Below are positions 27,163-35,670 of a stretch of 64,000 bases of DNA, one piece after another. The translations under genes were made by a program, and so were the position numbers. Source of the stretch: an uncultured candidatus Brocadiaceae bacterium (lineage in GTDB: Bacteria > Planctomycetota > UBA1135 > UBA2386). How positions within the stretch are numbered: the first letter of the stretch is position 1; each line of letters begins with the position of its first letter. The notes under the pieces are model-generated. The model saw only the letters and a program-made list of their open reading frames with translations. It did no database searches and had not been told where the DNA came from. The DNA is taken from positions 1-64,000 of the forward strand of contig CAZABP010000022.1 in assembly GCA_964483245.1 (NCBI GenBank), in the 5' to 3' direction.

Positions 27163-28761
27163 ATGATCACTCTGCTCCAAGGCGACATTCCCGACGCTCC
27201 GTGGCTGCTGCTGGCGGTCATCGCGTCGGTAGTCGTGGCGCTGTCGCTGCTGCTCGTCGTGGTCAAGCGCTACAAGCGCTGCCCGTCGAACAAGATCCTC
27301 GTGATCTACGGCAAGGTCTCGGCTGGCCACTCGTCGCGCTGCATGCACGGTGGTGGCGCATTCGTCTGGCCGCTGATCCAGGACTACTCGTACCTGACGC
27401 TCGATCCGATGCAGATCGAGATCCCGCTGCGCGGTGCGCTGTCGGCCGAGAACATCCGCGTCAACGTTCCGTCGGTGTTCACGGTCGCGATCGGCACGAG
27501 TCCGGCCGTGATGCAGACGGCCGCGATCCGGCTGCTTGGCCTCGACATGCGCCAGATCATGAAGCAGGCCGAGGACATCATCTTCGGCCAGCTCCGCCAG
27601 GTGATCGCGTCGATGACGATCGAGGACATCAATCGCAATCGCGACAAGTTCCTCGACAACGTGCAGAGCTCGCTGACGCCCGAGCTCGAGAAGATCGGTC
27701 TGGTGTTGATCAACGTCAACATCACCGACATCACCGACGAGTCGGGTTACATCGAAGCCATGGGCCGCAAGGCGGCCAGCGAGGCGATCCAGTCGGCCGA
27801 GATCGACGTCGCGCAGCAGCAGAAGCGCGGCGCGATCGGCGTCGCCGACGCCAAGCGCGAGCAGGACGTCATGGTCGCCGGGGCCGACCGCACGCGCGAG
27901 ATCGGCACCAAGCAGGCCGAGCGCGAGAAGCTGGTCAAGCTCGCCGATCTCGAGAAGGAGACCAAGGTCGGCCAGAGCCAGGCGGAGTTCGAGCAGCAGG
28001 CGCAGGTCAAGACGCAAGAGCAGGTCATGCGCATCCAGGTCGCCGAGGCCGAGGCGCAGGCGGTCACCGGCGAAAACGTCGCCCGCGCGCGGATGGCCGA
28101 TGCCGACGCCACGCTCAAGGTCAAGCAGGCCGAGGCGTTCCAGTTGGCGGAAACGCGCCGCCGCGAAGCCGACGCGGCCGTCCGGCACGCGCAGTACATG
28201 GCCGAGGCCCGCACGGCCGAGGCGCTGGCCGCCAAGATCGAGCAGGAACAGCGCGCCGAGCTCGAAGCCGCGGCCAAGGCGCAGAAGGCCCGTCTGATCG
28301 TCGATGCTGAAGCGGCCGCCGCGCAGGTCAAGCTCGAAGCCGAAGCGGCCGCGGCGGCGATGTTCGCACGCCTCGAAGCACAGGCCCGCGGCGAGTACGA
28401 GATCCTGGCCAAGAAAGCCGACGGCCTGAAGCGGATCGTCGAGAGCTGCGGCGGCGCACAGCCGGCGTTCCAGATGCTGATGCTCGAACACCTCCCGCAA
28501 CTGGCCGAGACCGCCGCCAAGGCGATCGCCAACGTCCGCTTCGACAAGGTCGTCGTCTGGGACGGCGGCCAGGGCAAAGGCGCGACGGCCAGCTTCCTGC
28601 AGAACCTCGCGCACGCGCTCCCGCCGATGCTGCAGATGATGAAGGACGTCGGCGGCGTCGAGATGCCGGACTACCTCGGCAAGCTCGTCCCCAGCGACGG
28701 CAACGGCGCCAGCAACGGCGAGCCGGTCGTGCCGCGCACGAGCGAGCCCAAGCCGGCGTAG
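27163..28761 (+). CDS. flotillin-like SPFH/band-7 protein
   Basis: N-terminal TM helix, SPFH core, long Ala/Glu/Gln-rich coiled-coil typical of FloT/YqiK; 532 aa. Confidence 0.8.
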   Translation: MITLLQGDIPDAPWLLLAVIASVVVALSLLLVVVKRYKRCPSNKILVIYGKVSAGHSSRCMHGGGAFVWPLIQDYSYLTLDPMQIEIPLRGALSAENIRVNVPSVFTVAIGTSPAVMQTAAIRLLGLDMRQIMKQAEDIIFGQLRQVIASMTIEDINRNRDKFLDNVQSSLTPELEKIGLVLINVNITDITDESGYIEAMGRKAASEAIQSAEIDVAQQQKRGAIGVADAKREQDVMVAGADRTREIGTKQAEREKLVKLADLEKETKVGQSQAEFEQQAQVKTQEQVMRIQVAEAEAQAVTGENVARARMADADATLKVKQAEAFQLAETRRREADAAVRHAQYMAEARTAEALAAKIEQEQRAELEAAAKAQKARLIVDAEAAAAQVKLEAEAAAAAMFARLEAQARGEYEILAKKADGLKRIVESCGGAQPAFQMLMLEHLPQLAETAAKAIANVRFDKVVVWDGGQGKGATASFLQNLAHALPPMLQMMKDVGGVEMPDYLGKLVPSDGNGASNGEPVVPRTSEPKPA

Positions 28762-28827
28762 GGAGGTATGGGGTCTGACCCCAACCCTCCCGAAACGGGA
28801 GGCTTGGGGTCAGATTCCAAGCCTCCC
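28762..28827. repeat. compound palindromic repeat, third copy
   Basis: GGGAGGTATGGGGTCTGACCCCAACCCTCCC-GAAACG-GGAGGCTTGGGGTCAGATTCCAAGCCTCCC in the convergent region between flotillin and the 7-heme cytochrome. Confidence 0.85.
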
Positions 28828-28845
28828 ATTGCGGCGCTCAGAGGA

Positions 28846-29493
28846 TCAACGGATCCGCGCGTGGTTCCAGCTCGTCGTCACGTGGCAGCGTTGGCAGTCG
28901 TCGACGAAGCCGAGACCGATGTGCGGCGGGTTGTTGGCCTGCTGGACGTCGTCGACGTGACACGCGACGCACGCCGTGTCGGTCGGATAGATCCGCCCGG
29001 TCCAGATGCCGGGATGGCAGCGGTGGCAGCCGACCGCGAGGTGGGCGCCGGTCAGCGGGAACCGGGTCCGGTTGTGCATCTCGATCTGCCCCTCCGGCAT
29101 CCAGGTGCGCTGGCCGTGGCACTTGGTGCAGTCCTTGCCGAGCTCGCCTTGATGGAAGTCCTCGTGGCAGCCGGCGCAGCCGCGCGCGGCGAACACTTCG
29201 ACCGGCCCGCGGTCGTTGTGGCAACGAAGACACCGTGCCTGCGCGTGCGCGCCGACCAACGCGACCCCGGTCTCACGCTCGTGATCGAAGCGGAAGTCGT
29301 CGACCAGCACGTTCCAGGTCCGGCCGACGTGGCACAGGCTGCAATCGGCCGGGAACGAGTCGTGCGGCAGCACCGGACCGAGCGCCGACCACCAGCGATG
29401 CAGCGCGCCGTCGCGCGGCCCCTGCACCATGCAGCCGACCATGATCAGCAGCGGCAGCAGCGCCGCGATCAGCAGGTTTCTCTTGGTGCGCAT
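28846..29493 (-). CDS. 7-heme c-type cytochrome, paired-CXXCH type
   Basis: Signal peptide with possible lipobox (LIMVGC); 7 CXXCH; F-x-H...G-x-H...CxxCH repeats like the doubled-CXXCH domains of metal-reducer cytochromes. Confidence 0.8.
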   Translation of the reverse strand: MRTKRNLLIAALLPLLIMVGCMVQGPRDGALHRWWSALGPVLPHDSFPADCSLCHVGRTWNVLVDDFRFDHERETGVALVGAHAQARCLRCHNDRGPVEVFAARGCAGCHEDFHQGELGKDCTKCHGQRTWMPEGQIEMHNRTRFPLTGAHLAVGCHRCHPGIWTGRIYPTDTACVACHVDDVQQANNPPHIGLGFVDDCQRCHVTTSWNHARIR

Positions 29494-29506
29494 CGCTGTG
29501 CTCCGC

Positions 29507-31219
29507 TCAGAACTTCTGTTGCATGTAGAACCCGATCGACCACGCCAGATCCTCGCCGATCAGATCGAGCTGCCCATAGACGGACAGATCCTGACCCGCC
29601 GCGGTGTAGAAGCTGCGGCTGCCGCGGAACCGGTGTTGATCGAGGTCCGCGACGTCGCTCGGAAAACCGAACTCGTGCACGTGCGAGTACTCGTACAACC
29701 ACTGCCACATCCCATCGTTCGCGTCGGTCTCCCAGATGACCCGGCCGCCGATCACGGCGACCGCGTCCCCGGTGTTGCCGAACAGCGCGACCGTCGTGCG
29801 GCTCCGTTCGCCGAACCAGTCCTTGCGCTCGAACCCGAGCTCCCCGGCGACGCCTTCATGGTCGTCGTCGTTCCACGCCGCCAGATACGTGTGCAGATCC
29901 GTCTCCCGCGACCAGCGCCACCAACCGTCGAACGACAGCAGGTCCGACTCCGCGCGCGCGATCTCGGCCGCCCAGGTCGGCAGATAGTCCTGCCGCAGCA
30001 CCTCCGGATACGCATTGCGCCGCCACGCGAACTGCAAACGGTTGCCGTTCTCATAGCTGCGTGACGCCGATGCGACCGCCTGCGTCAGCTCGAGGCCGGT
30101 CCCCTTGTTGACGTCGTTGCCGCGGTAGTAGTCGATCCAGAACGTGCCGTGGAGCTGCCACGCATCCAGCGGCAGGTAGTGCCCCTTCAACACCACGAGA
30201 TCCCGGTCCGAATCGCCGTCGTGCCAGGTCTTCTGGAAGCCGCCGCCGAACGAGATCGTCTGCGCGAGGTCCGCCGACCACACGTAGTACAGCGACGCCT
30301 GCACGTCGTCCCAGCCGTCCAGGTTGTCGTTCGGCTCCGGCATGAAGCCGACCGCGGCACCGAACCGGTCGCCGAAGTGTCCGCGGATGCCCCACTCGAT
30401 CCCGTCCAGGATCCCGAACTCCGGCATCCCGACCTGCAGGAAACGCCCGAGCTTCCACATCTGCGGCGAGAACCGGTCCCCGCCCAGCCGGTACGAGAAG
30501 TCCCGCACCAGCCCATTGCCGCCGTCGGCGTCGTTGTATTCGGTGCGTGAGTTCAGCTCGCCGTCGAAGCGCAGCTCGCCGCCGAGATGGAACGGATTCG
30601 TCAACCGCGCATCGATGCCGGCGCGGATGAACGACTCGTCGAAGTCGCTCTCCGGATGCTTGGTCGCATCCCCGATCACGTACAGCCGCCCGCTCAGACC
30701 CGCGAGCCGTTCACTCGGGGGCACCGCGTCGACCTGCGCCAGCAGCGGTTTGTCAGGCGTGTAGTTCTCGTCCCGGTTGCGCCACTCCGGCTTGGTCGGA
30801 TCCTGAGGTGGTTCCTGGCCGGGTTGCTGCGGCTGCGGCTGCTGCGGGTCGACCGGTGATGGCTCCACCGGCGGCGGTGGCGGCACCGGGCGCGGCTGTT
30901 CGAACCGGCCGACCGGTACCAGCACTTCGCCGCGCGTGCCGGGTGCCGGCGACACGGCGCGCAGCTGCAGCTCGACCAATGCGCTGCGCTCGTCGATCCG
31001 CGCGATCGTGCCGTGCAGGATCTCACCGCTGCGCGGGCGCAGTTCGACGGCGTCGCCGACCTCGATCCGGTCGTTGCGCCCACGGTCGACCGTGACCGTC
31101 CCGGGTGTCGGCGACGAGACGACGCGTAGCTCGAGGCGGCGATGCGTCAGGTCCTGTGCCAGCAGCGGCGCAGCGAGGAACAGCAGGGCCGCCGGCGTCC
31201 AGCGCATCGCTGGCTTCAT
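29507..31219 (-). CDS. outer-membrane beta-barrel protein (porin-like), candidate porin of a porin-cytochrome complex
   Basis: Signal peptide MKPAMRWTPAALLFLAAPLLAQD; Pro/Gln-rich linker; alternating amphipathic strands rich in Gly/Tyr/Trp/Asp; C-terminal aromatic residue (..MQQKF). Confidence 0.65.
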   Translation of the reverse strand: MKPAMRWTPAALLFLAAPLLAQDLTHRRLELRVVSSPTPGTVTVDRGRNDRIEVGDAVELRPRSGEILHGTIARIDERSALVELQLRAVSPAPGTRGEVLVPVGRFEQPRPVPPPPPVEPSPVDPQQPQPQQPGQEPPQDPTKPEWRNRDENYTPDKPLLAQVDAVPPSERLAGLSGRLYVIGDATKHPESDFDESFIRAGIDARLTNPFHLGGELRFDGELNSRTEYNDADGGNGLVRDFSYRLGGDRFSPQMWKLGRFLQVGMPEFGILDGIEWGIRGHFGDRFGAAVGFMPEPNDNLDGWDDVQASLYYVWSADLAQTISFGGGFQKTWHDGDSDRDLVVLKGHYLPLDAWQLHGTFWIDYYRGNDVNKGTGLELTQAVASASRSYENGNRLQFAWRRNAYPEVLRQDYLPTWAAEIARAESDLLSFDGWWRWSRETDLHTYLAAWNDDDHEGVAGELGFERKDWFGERSRTTVALFGNTGDAVAVIGGRVIWETDANDGMWQWLYEYSHVHEFGFPSDVADLDQHRFRGSRSFYTAAGQDLSVYGQLDLIGEDLAWSIGFYMQQKF

Positions 31220-33288
31220 CGGCGTCCGGGGCCGCGACGCTGGAACGGCCGGCCGGCGTCGCCATGGCAGGCGACGCAGTCGGTCGGCAGTGGCCGGTAG
31301 CGGATGACGTCACGGTCACCCTGGCGGAACGGCTTGTGGCATGACGAGCAGGCGACGTTGCGGTGTTGGTCCCCGAGCTTGAACCGTGAGTGGACGTCGT
31401 GGCGGAACACCAGGTCGGCGAACGATTCGGCACCCCGGTGACAATTCCGGCAGTCGACCGGGCCGCCTTCGTCGAACTGACCACCGTGCGGATCCTGGTG
31501 GCAGTCACTGCAGTGCTTGCCGTAGGTGCGCGCCCAGGTGCGGCCGTGCTCGTCCGGCTCGGCGAGGCGCGCATGGCACGAGCTGCAATCGGTGCGCTGA
31601 TGCGCCCCCTGCAACGGGAACCCGGTCCACTGCGCATGATCGAACCCGTTGGGGAACGCACGGAACGACGAGTCGACGTGGCAGCGCGCGCAGCTCGTGC
31701 GCCCGAGCACGGCGCGCGGCAGGCCGAGCCGATCGAACTCCCCCTGGTGCGGATCGGCATGACAGGTCACACAACCCTTGAACTCGCCGTGCTTGCGCGC
31801 GACCGAGCCGAACCGGCGCCCGAGCTCATCCGGCTCGAGCGTGGCTTCGTGGCAGGCCGCGCAGTCCGCCTGCGCATGCGCGCCGGTCAGCGCGAACCCG
31901 GTCCAATGCCCGTGATCGAAGCCGCCCTGCGGCAGCTCGGCGAACTTCGTCGGTGCATGGCAGTGGGCGCAGGTGCCGGCCGGATTCGCACCGAGCCCGC
32001 GGGAAAAGCGGTCGAAGTAACCCCGGTGCGCATCCTCGTGGCATTGCTCGCAGCGCGACGCCGTGCCATGGAATGTCGCCGGTTGGTCCGCGTGGGCACG
32101 CTCGTGGCACTTGCTGCACTCGACCTCCGCATGGCTCGCGACCAGCGGGAAGTTCGTTGTTGCGTGCTTCTGTACCGTGAACGCATGCGGCGCGAAGTGC
32201 GTCCGCTCGTGGCAGTCGATGCAGCCGTTCGCCGCGAACGCCTTGCCGTCGAACTCACCGCGGTGCGCGTCCTCGTGGCAGCTGCGGCACTCGTCCGCCG
32301 ACCGTCCCGGATACCGCGCGTGGAACGGCTCGCGCGCCGGATCGTGACACTGCTCGCAGCGCACGGCGTCGTGCGGCAGCGCGAGCGTGAACCCGCTGCA
32401 AGCGTGCTGCTCCGGCGTCGTGAACACGCGCTCGTCGCGGAACTGCGTGTGGTTCGACGCGTGGCAGACCTTGCAGGATGATTCCGGCGCCACGCGCTCC
32501 AGCGCGGCGACGGCACTGACGAACTCCGGCCGGTGCGGCGATTCGTGGCAGTCGGCGCAACCGCGCGCGCGCCCCGCTACGCGCCGCTCGCCGATCGCCT
32601 CCAGTGAGTGCGCGTCGTCCGCCGCGTGGCACTCGCGGCAGGCGAGCTGCGCATGCCCGCCGGTCAGCGGCAGATGCCGGTCGTGACCATCCGCCGTCAG
32701 CTCGTTCCAGGCGAGCTGACCATGGCACTGGCTGCAGCTGATCTGCATCCGCCCTTCGTGCGCATCCTCGTGGCAGGACCCGCAGTCCTGCTGCAAGCCG
32801 AGGAACCGTTTCGCCCCCTTGGGCAGCTGCGCCACATCTGCGTGCGCATGGCACTGCTTGCAGTCGAGCGTCAGGTGGGTCCCGGCCATCGCGAAGCCGA
32901 CGGTCTGGTGGTCGAACTTCAGCGGATCGCCGACGCCGGCCATCGCGAAGCTGAGCCGGTTGACCAGCACGAACTCCTCGCCGTGGTGTTCGCTGTGGCA
33001 GCTGCCGCAGAGCTTCGCGCGCTCGGCGTCCAGTCCGCCGTGCAGCCCCTTGCGCTGCTCCAACTGCTCGCCGATCGGCGCGTGGCACTCCAGGCAGCTC
33101 GCGGTCATCTCGCCGAACCAGCCGCCGTGGCAGTGCGCGCAGCTGCCGAGCCCGACCAGCTCCGGTTCGCGCGCGTGCACGCCCGAGATCGGTCCGGGCG
33201 CCGTGCGCGTCAGATCGCTGGCGACGATCGCCAACACCCCGGCGAGCGACAGCGCGGCGATCCACAGCCTCGGGTGCAGGATCCTCAT
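31216..33288 (-). CDS. 23-heme c-type cytochrome, paired-CXXCH repeats
   Basis: ATG 33288 with GGAGGTGG Shine-Dalgarno (RBS) 5 nt upstream; N-terminal signal/anchor; 23 CXXCH counted; ATGA overlap with upstream gene. Confidence 0.8.
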   Translation of the reverse strand: MRILHPRLWIAALSLAGVLAIVASDLTRTAPGPISGVHAREPELVGLGSCAHCHGGWFGEMTASCLECHAPIGEQLEQRKGLHGGLDAERAKLCGSCHSEHHGEEFVLVNRLSFAMAGVGDPLKFDHQTVGFAMAGTHLTLDCKQCHAHADVAQLPKGAKRFLGLQQDCGSCHEDAHEGRMQISCSQCHGQLAWNELTADGHDRHLPLTGGHAQLACRECHAADDAHSLEAIGERRVAGRARGCADCHESPHRPEFVSAVAALERVAPESSCKVCHASNHTQFRDERVFTTPEQHACSGFTLALPHDAVRCEQCHDPAREPFHARYPGRSADECRSCHEDAHRGEFDGKAFAANGCIDCHERTHFAPHAFTVQKHATTNFPLVASHAEVECSKCHERAHADQPATFHGTASRCEQCHEDAHRGYFDRFSRGLGANPAGTCAHCHAPTKFAELPQGGFDHGHWTGFALTGAHAQADCAACHEATLEPDELGRRFGSVARKHGEFKGCVTCHADPHQGEFDRLGLPRAVLGRTSCARCHVDSSFRAFPNGFDHAQWTGFPLQGAHQRTDCSSCHARLAEPDEHGRTWARTYGKHCSDCHQDPHGGQFDEGGPVDCRNCHRGAESFADLVFRHDVHSRFKLGDQHRNVACSSCHKPFRQGDRDVIRYRPLPTDCVACHGDAGRPFQRRGPGRR

Positions 33289-35612
33289 CCGCCACCTCCG
33301 CGCAGGATCGAGCCGTACGCGAGCGCGTGGACGACGTGCACGATGACCAGCAGCACCATCAACGCGGCGACCCAGCGGTGGACGTAGCGCCACGTTGCGA
33401 GCAGCGCGCGCAGGTCCTCGTAGTGCGCCGCCATGACGGCGAGCCAGTGGGCTTCCCGCGCGAGCTGCACGGTCTCGCGGATCTGCGGCTCCGGCACGCC
33501 GTCGCGGCGACCGGTCGCCGCCAGCTCCCGCAGCAGCTTGCGCAACGAGCGTTGCATGCCGAGCAGGCCGAGCAGCCGGCCGACGAACGAAGTCCGCCAT
33601 TGCCGCTGGTGCAGCAGCGCGTCGATCCGCTCCCGCGCGAGCTGGCGGAAGCGCGCCTGCTCGCGATCCCAGTCGGCCGACGCACGGCCGAGCTTCGCCC
33701 GCACCTCGGCCAGCGCGAGCTCACGCCCGTTCGTCGCCCGTGGCACGTACGCATAGAAGTACCGCCCGATCGCGCCGCTGACGAACAGCACGACGAGACC
33801 CCAGAACGCGTGCCCGCCCGGCGTATCGCGCGGATTCATCGCCGCATGCAGCAGCGCGCACAGCAGCGCGAGCGTGCCGGTCGCGACGTGCACGCTCATC
33901 CAGGCCTGCAAGGACCCGAGCCGCACGCGCAGCCGCGGCGAGCGGCGCACCAGATACGCGAGGTTCATCACGATCAACACGACCGCGAAGATTCCGAGCC
34001 ACAGCCCAAGCCCGTCACCGGGCCGCAGCCAGGTGTGCTTCTCGCTGGTCGCGCGTTCGACCTGCGCACCGGCGTAGTAATCGAAGTGCCACAACGCCCA
34101 GGTCAGCGCGCCGAGCGACAGCACGAATCCCGCGCCGAGCGCACGCATCAGCCCGGTGCCTTGTGCTTCGGTCGCCGGCGCCTTTGGCCGCAGCTCCGGA
34201 TCGAACGAGACCCCGCTCTGCTCGAGCAGTTCGAACGGGGCGATCCCGCCGATCATCACGAACACGTCGTCGTTCGGCAGCCGCATCCGCCGCAGGCCCT
34301 GCGGAGTCTGCACGTCCAGCTCGACGGCGTCGGGGCGGATCGCGACGACTTCGCTGTGGAACACGATCTTCAGCCGGCCGGCGGCGAGATCGCGCTGCAC
34401 CCGCTCCTGGTTCTTGGTGCGGATCCGGAACAGCTCCGCCTTGCGGTACGACAGCGTGACCTGGTTGCCCGGCTGCTCGGCCAGCGCCAGCGCCGCCTCC
34501 ACCGCGCTGTCACCGCCGCCGACGACGAGGATCCGCCGGCCGGTGAACGAGTGCGCATCGAGCAGCGAGTACGCGACCTTCGGCAGCTCCTCGCCCGGGA
34601 CCCCGAGCAGCCGCGGCACGCCGCGCCGCCCGATCGCCAGGCAGACGTGACGCGCCGCCCAACGTTGCGTCACCGGGCCGGGGCCGCGTGCAGCGGTGCC
34701 GGGCCGTGCGGCAGCGGCGCCGGCCGCGACCCCTACGGCTTCGCGGCGCGCCGCCTCGTGGTGCACTTCCGCGCGAACCTCGAAGCCACCCTGCCCGTCC
34801 GCGAGCAGCCCGGTGAACACCTGCCCGTATTCGACCGGCAGCTCGTGCTCCGCCGCGATCCGCTGCCAGAGCTCGATCAGCTCCTCCTTGGTGTAGGTCG
34901 GGCGATCGAGCGCGCCGCCGAGCGGCAGCTCGACCGGCATCGTCAACACCAGCTTGCGGCGCGGGTACTTCGCGACCGTGCCGCCGAGCCACTGCTCCTG
35001 TTCGAGCGCGATCGCGCGCAGGCCCAGGCGTCTGGCTTCGAGCAGGCACGCGATTCCGGCCGGTCCGGCACCGACGACGACGAGATCGAACCGCTCGTCG
35101 CCAGGGATCGGCTCGGCGGCGACGCGACGTGCGACCTCGGCCGCGACCGCGGTGCCCTGCTCGACCGCGCTCTTGATCAACGCATGCGCGGTCACCTCGC
35201 CGGCGAGGAACAGCCCGGGCGAGCCGATCGCTTCGAGGCTCTCGTCGAGGACCGGGACGTCGCGCCGCGTCTCGAGGTTCGTCAGCGTGACCGTGATTGC
35301 GCCGACCGGACACTCCCGTTCGCACTCGGCGACGCCGACGCAGCGCGCCGGATTGACGACGGCGGCCTGCCCGTGCACGAGCGCCAGCACGCCTTCCTCC
35401 GGACAGACCTGCACGCACGTGCCGCAGCCGAGGCAGCGCGAGAGGTCGATCGTCGGGTGCTGCAGCTTCGTCTCGGCGCCGCCGAGCTCGTGCGAGCGAT
35501 CGCGTTCGGCGACCGACTTCGCCATCCGGCGCAGGTCGGTCCGGCGCGCCCACACGCTCAGGAACGCGATCCCGAGCGCGAAGACGAGCGTCAGCAGCAG
35601 GCTCCAGCTCAT
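33285..35612 (-). CDS. membrane-bound ferredoxin-flavoprotein oxidoreductase with C-terminal ferric-reductase-like bis-His transmembrane domain
   Basis: N-terminal TM helix; two 4Fe-4S motifs (CLGCGTCVQVCP, CVGVAECERECP); FAD/NAD(P) Rossmann motifs (VVVGAGPAGIA, LVVGGGDSAVEAA); C-terminal about 250 aa with 4-5 TM helices carrying H-x13-H pairs. Confidence 0.6.
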   Translation of the reverse strand: MSWSLLLTLVFALGIAFLSVWARRTDLRRMAKSVAERDRSHELGGAETKLQHPTIDLSRCLGCGTCVQVCPEEGVLALVHGQAAVVNPARCVGVAECERECPVGAITVTLTNLETRRDVPVLDESLEAIGSPGLFLAGEVTAHALIKSAVEQGTAVAAEVARRVAAEPIPGDERFDLVVVGAGPAGIACLLEARRLGLRAIALEQEQWLGGTVAKYPRRKLVLTMPVELPLGGALDRPTYTKEELIELWQRIAAEHELPVEYGQVFTGLLADGQGGFEVRAEVHHEAARREAVGVAAGAAAARPGTAARGPGPVTQRWAARHVCLAIGRRGVPRLLGVPGEELPKVAYSLLDAHSFTGRRILVVGGGDSAVEAALALAEQPGNQVTLSYRKAELFRIRTKNQERVQRDLAAGRLKIVFHSEVVAIRPDAVELDVQTPQGLRRMRLPNDDVFVMIGGIAPFELLEQSGVSFDPELRPKAPATEAQGTGLMRALGAGFVLSLGALTWALWHFDYYAGAQVERATSEKHTWLRPGDGLGLWLGIFAVVLIVMNLAYLVRRSPRLRVRLGSLQAWMSVHVATGTLALLCALLHAAMNPRDTPGGHAFWGLVVLFVSGAIGRYFYAYVPRATNGRELALAEVRAKLGRASADWDREQARFRQLARERIDALLHQRQWRTSFVGRLLGLLGMQRSLRKLLRELAATGRRDGVPEPQIRETVQLAREAHWLAVMAAHYEDLRALLATWRYVHRWVAALMVLLVIVHVVHALAYGSILRGGGG

Positions 35613-35670
35613 CGCGTCGGTTCCTGCCCCGCGTGGGGGGCGCCAGCGGGGTCAGGCAGGTCGGATCACC

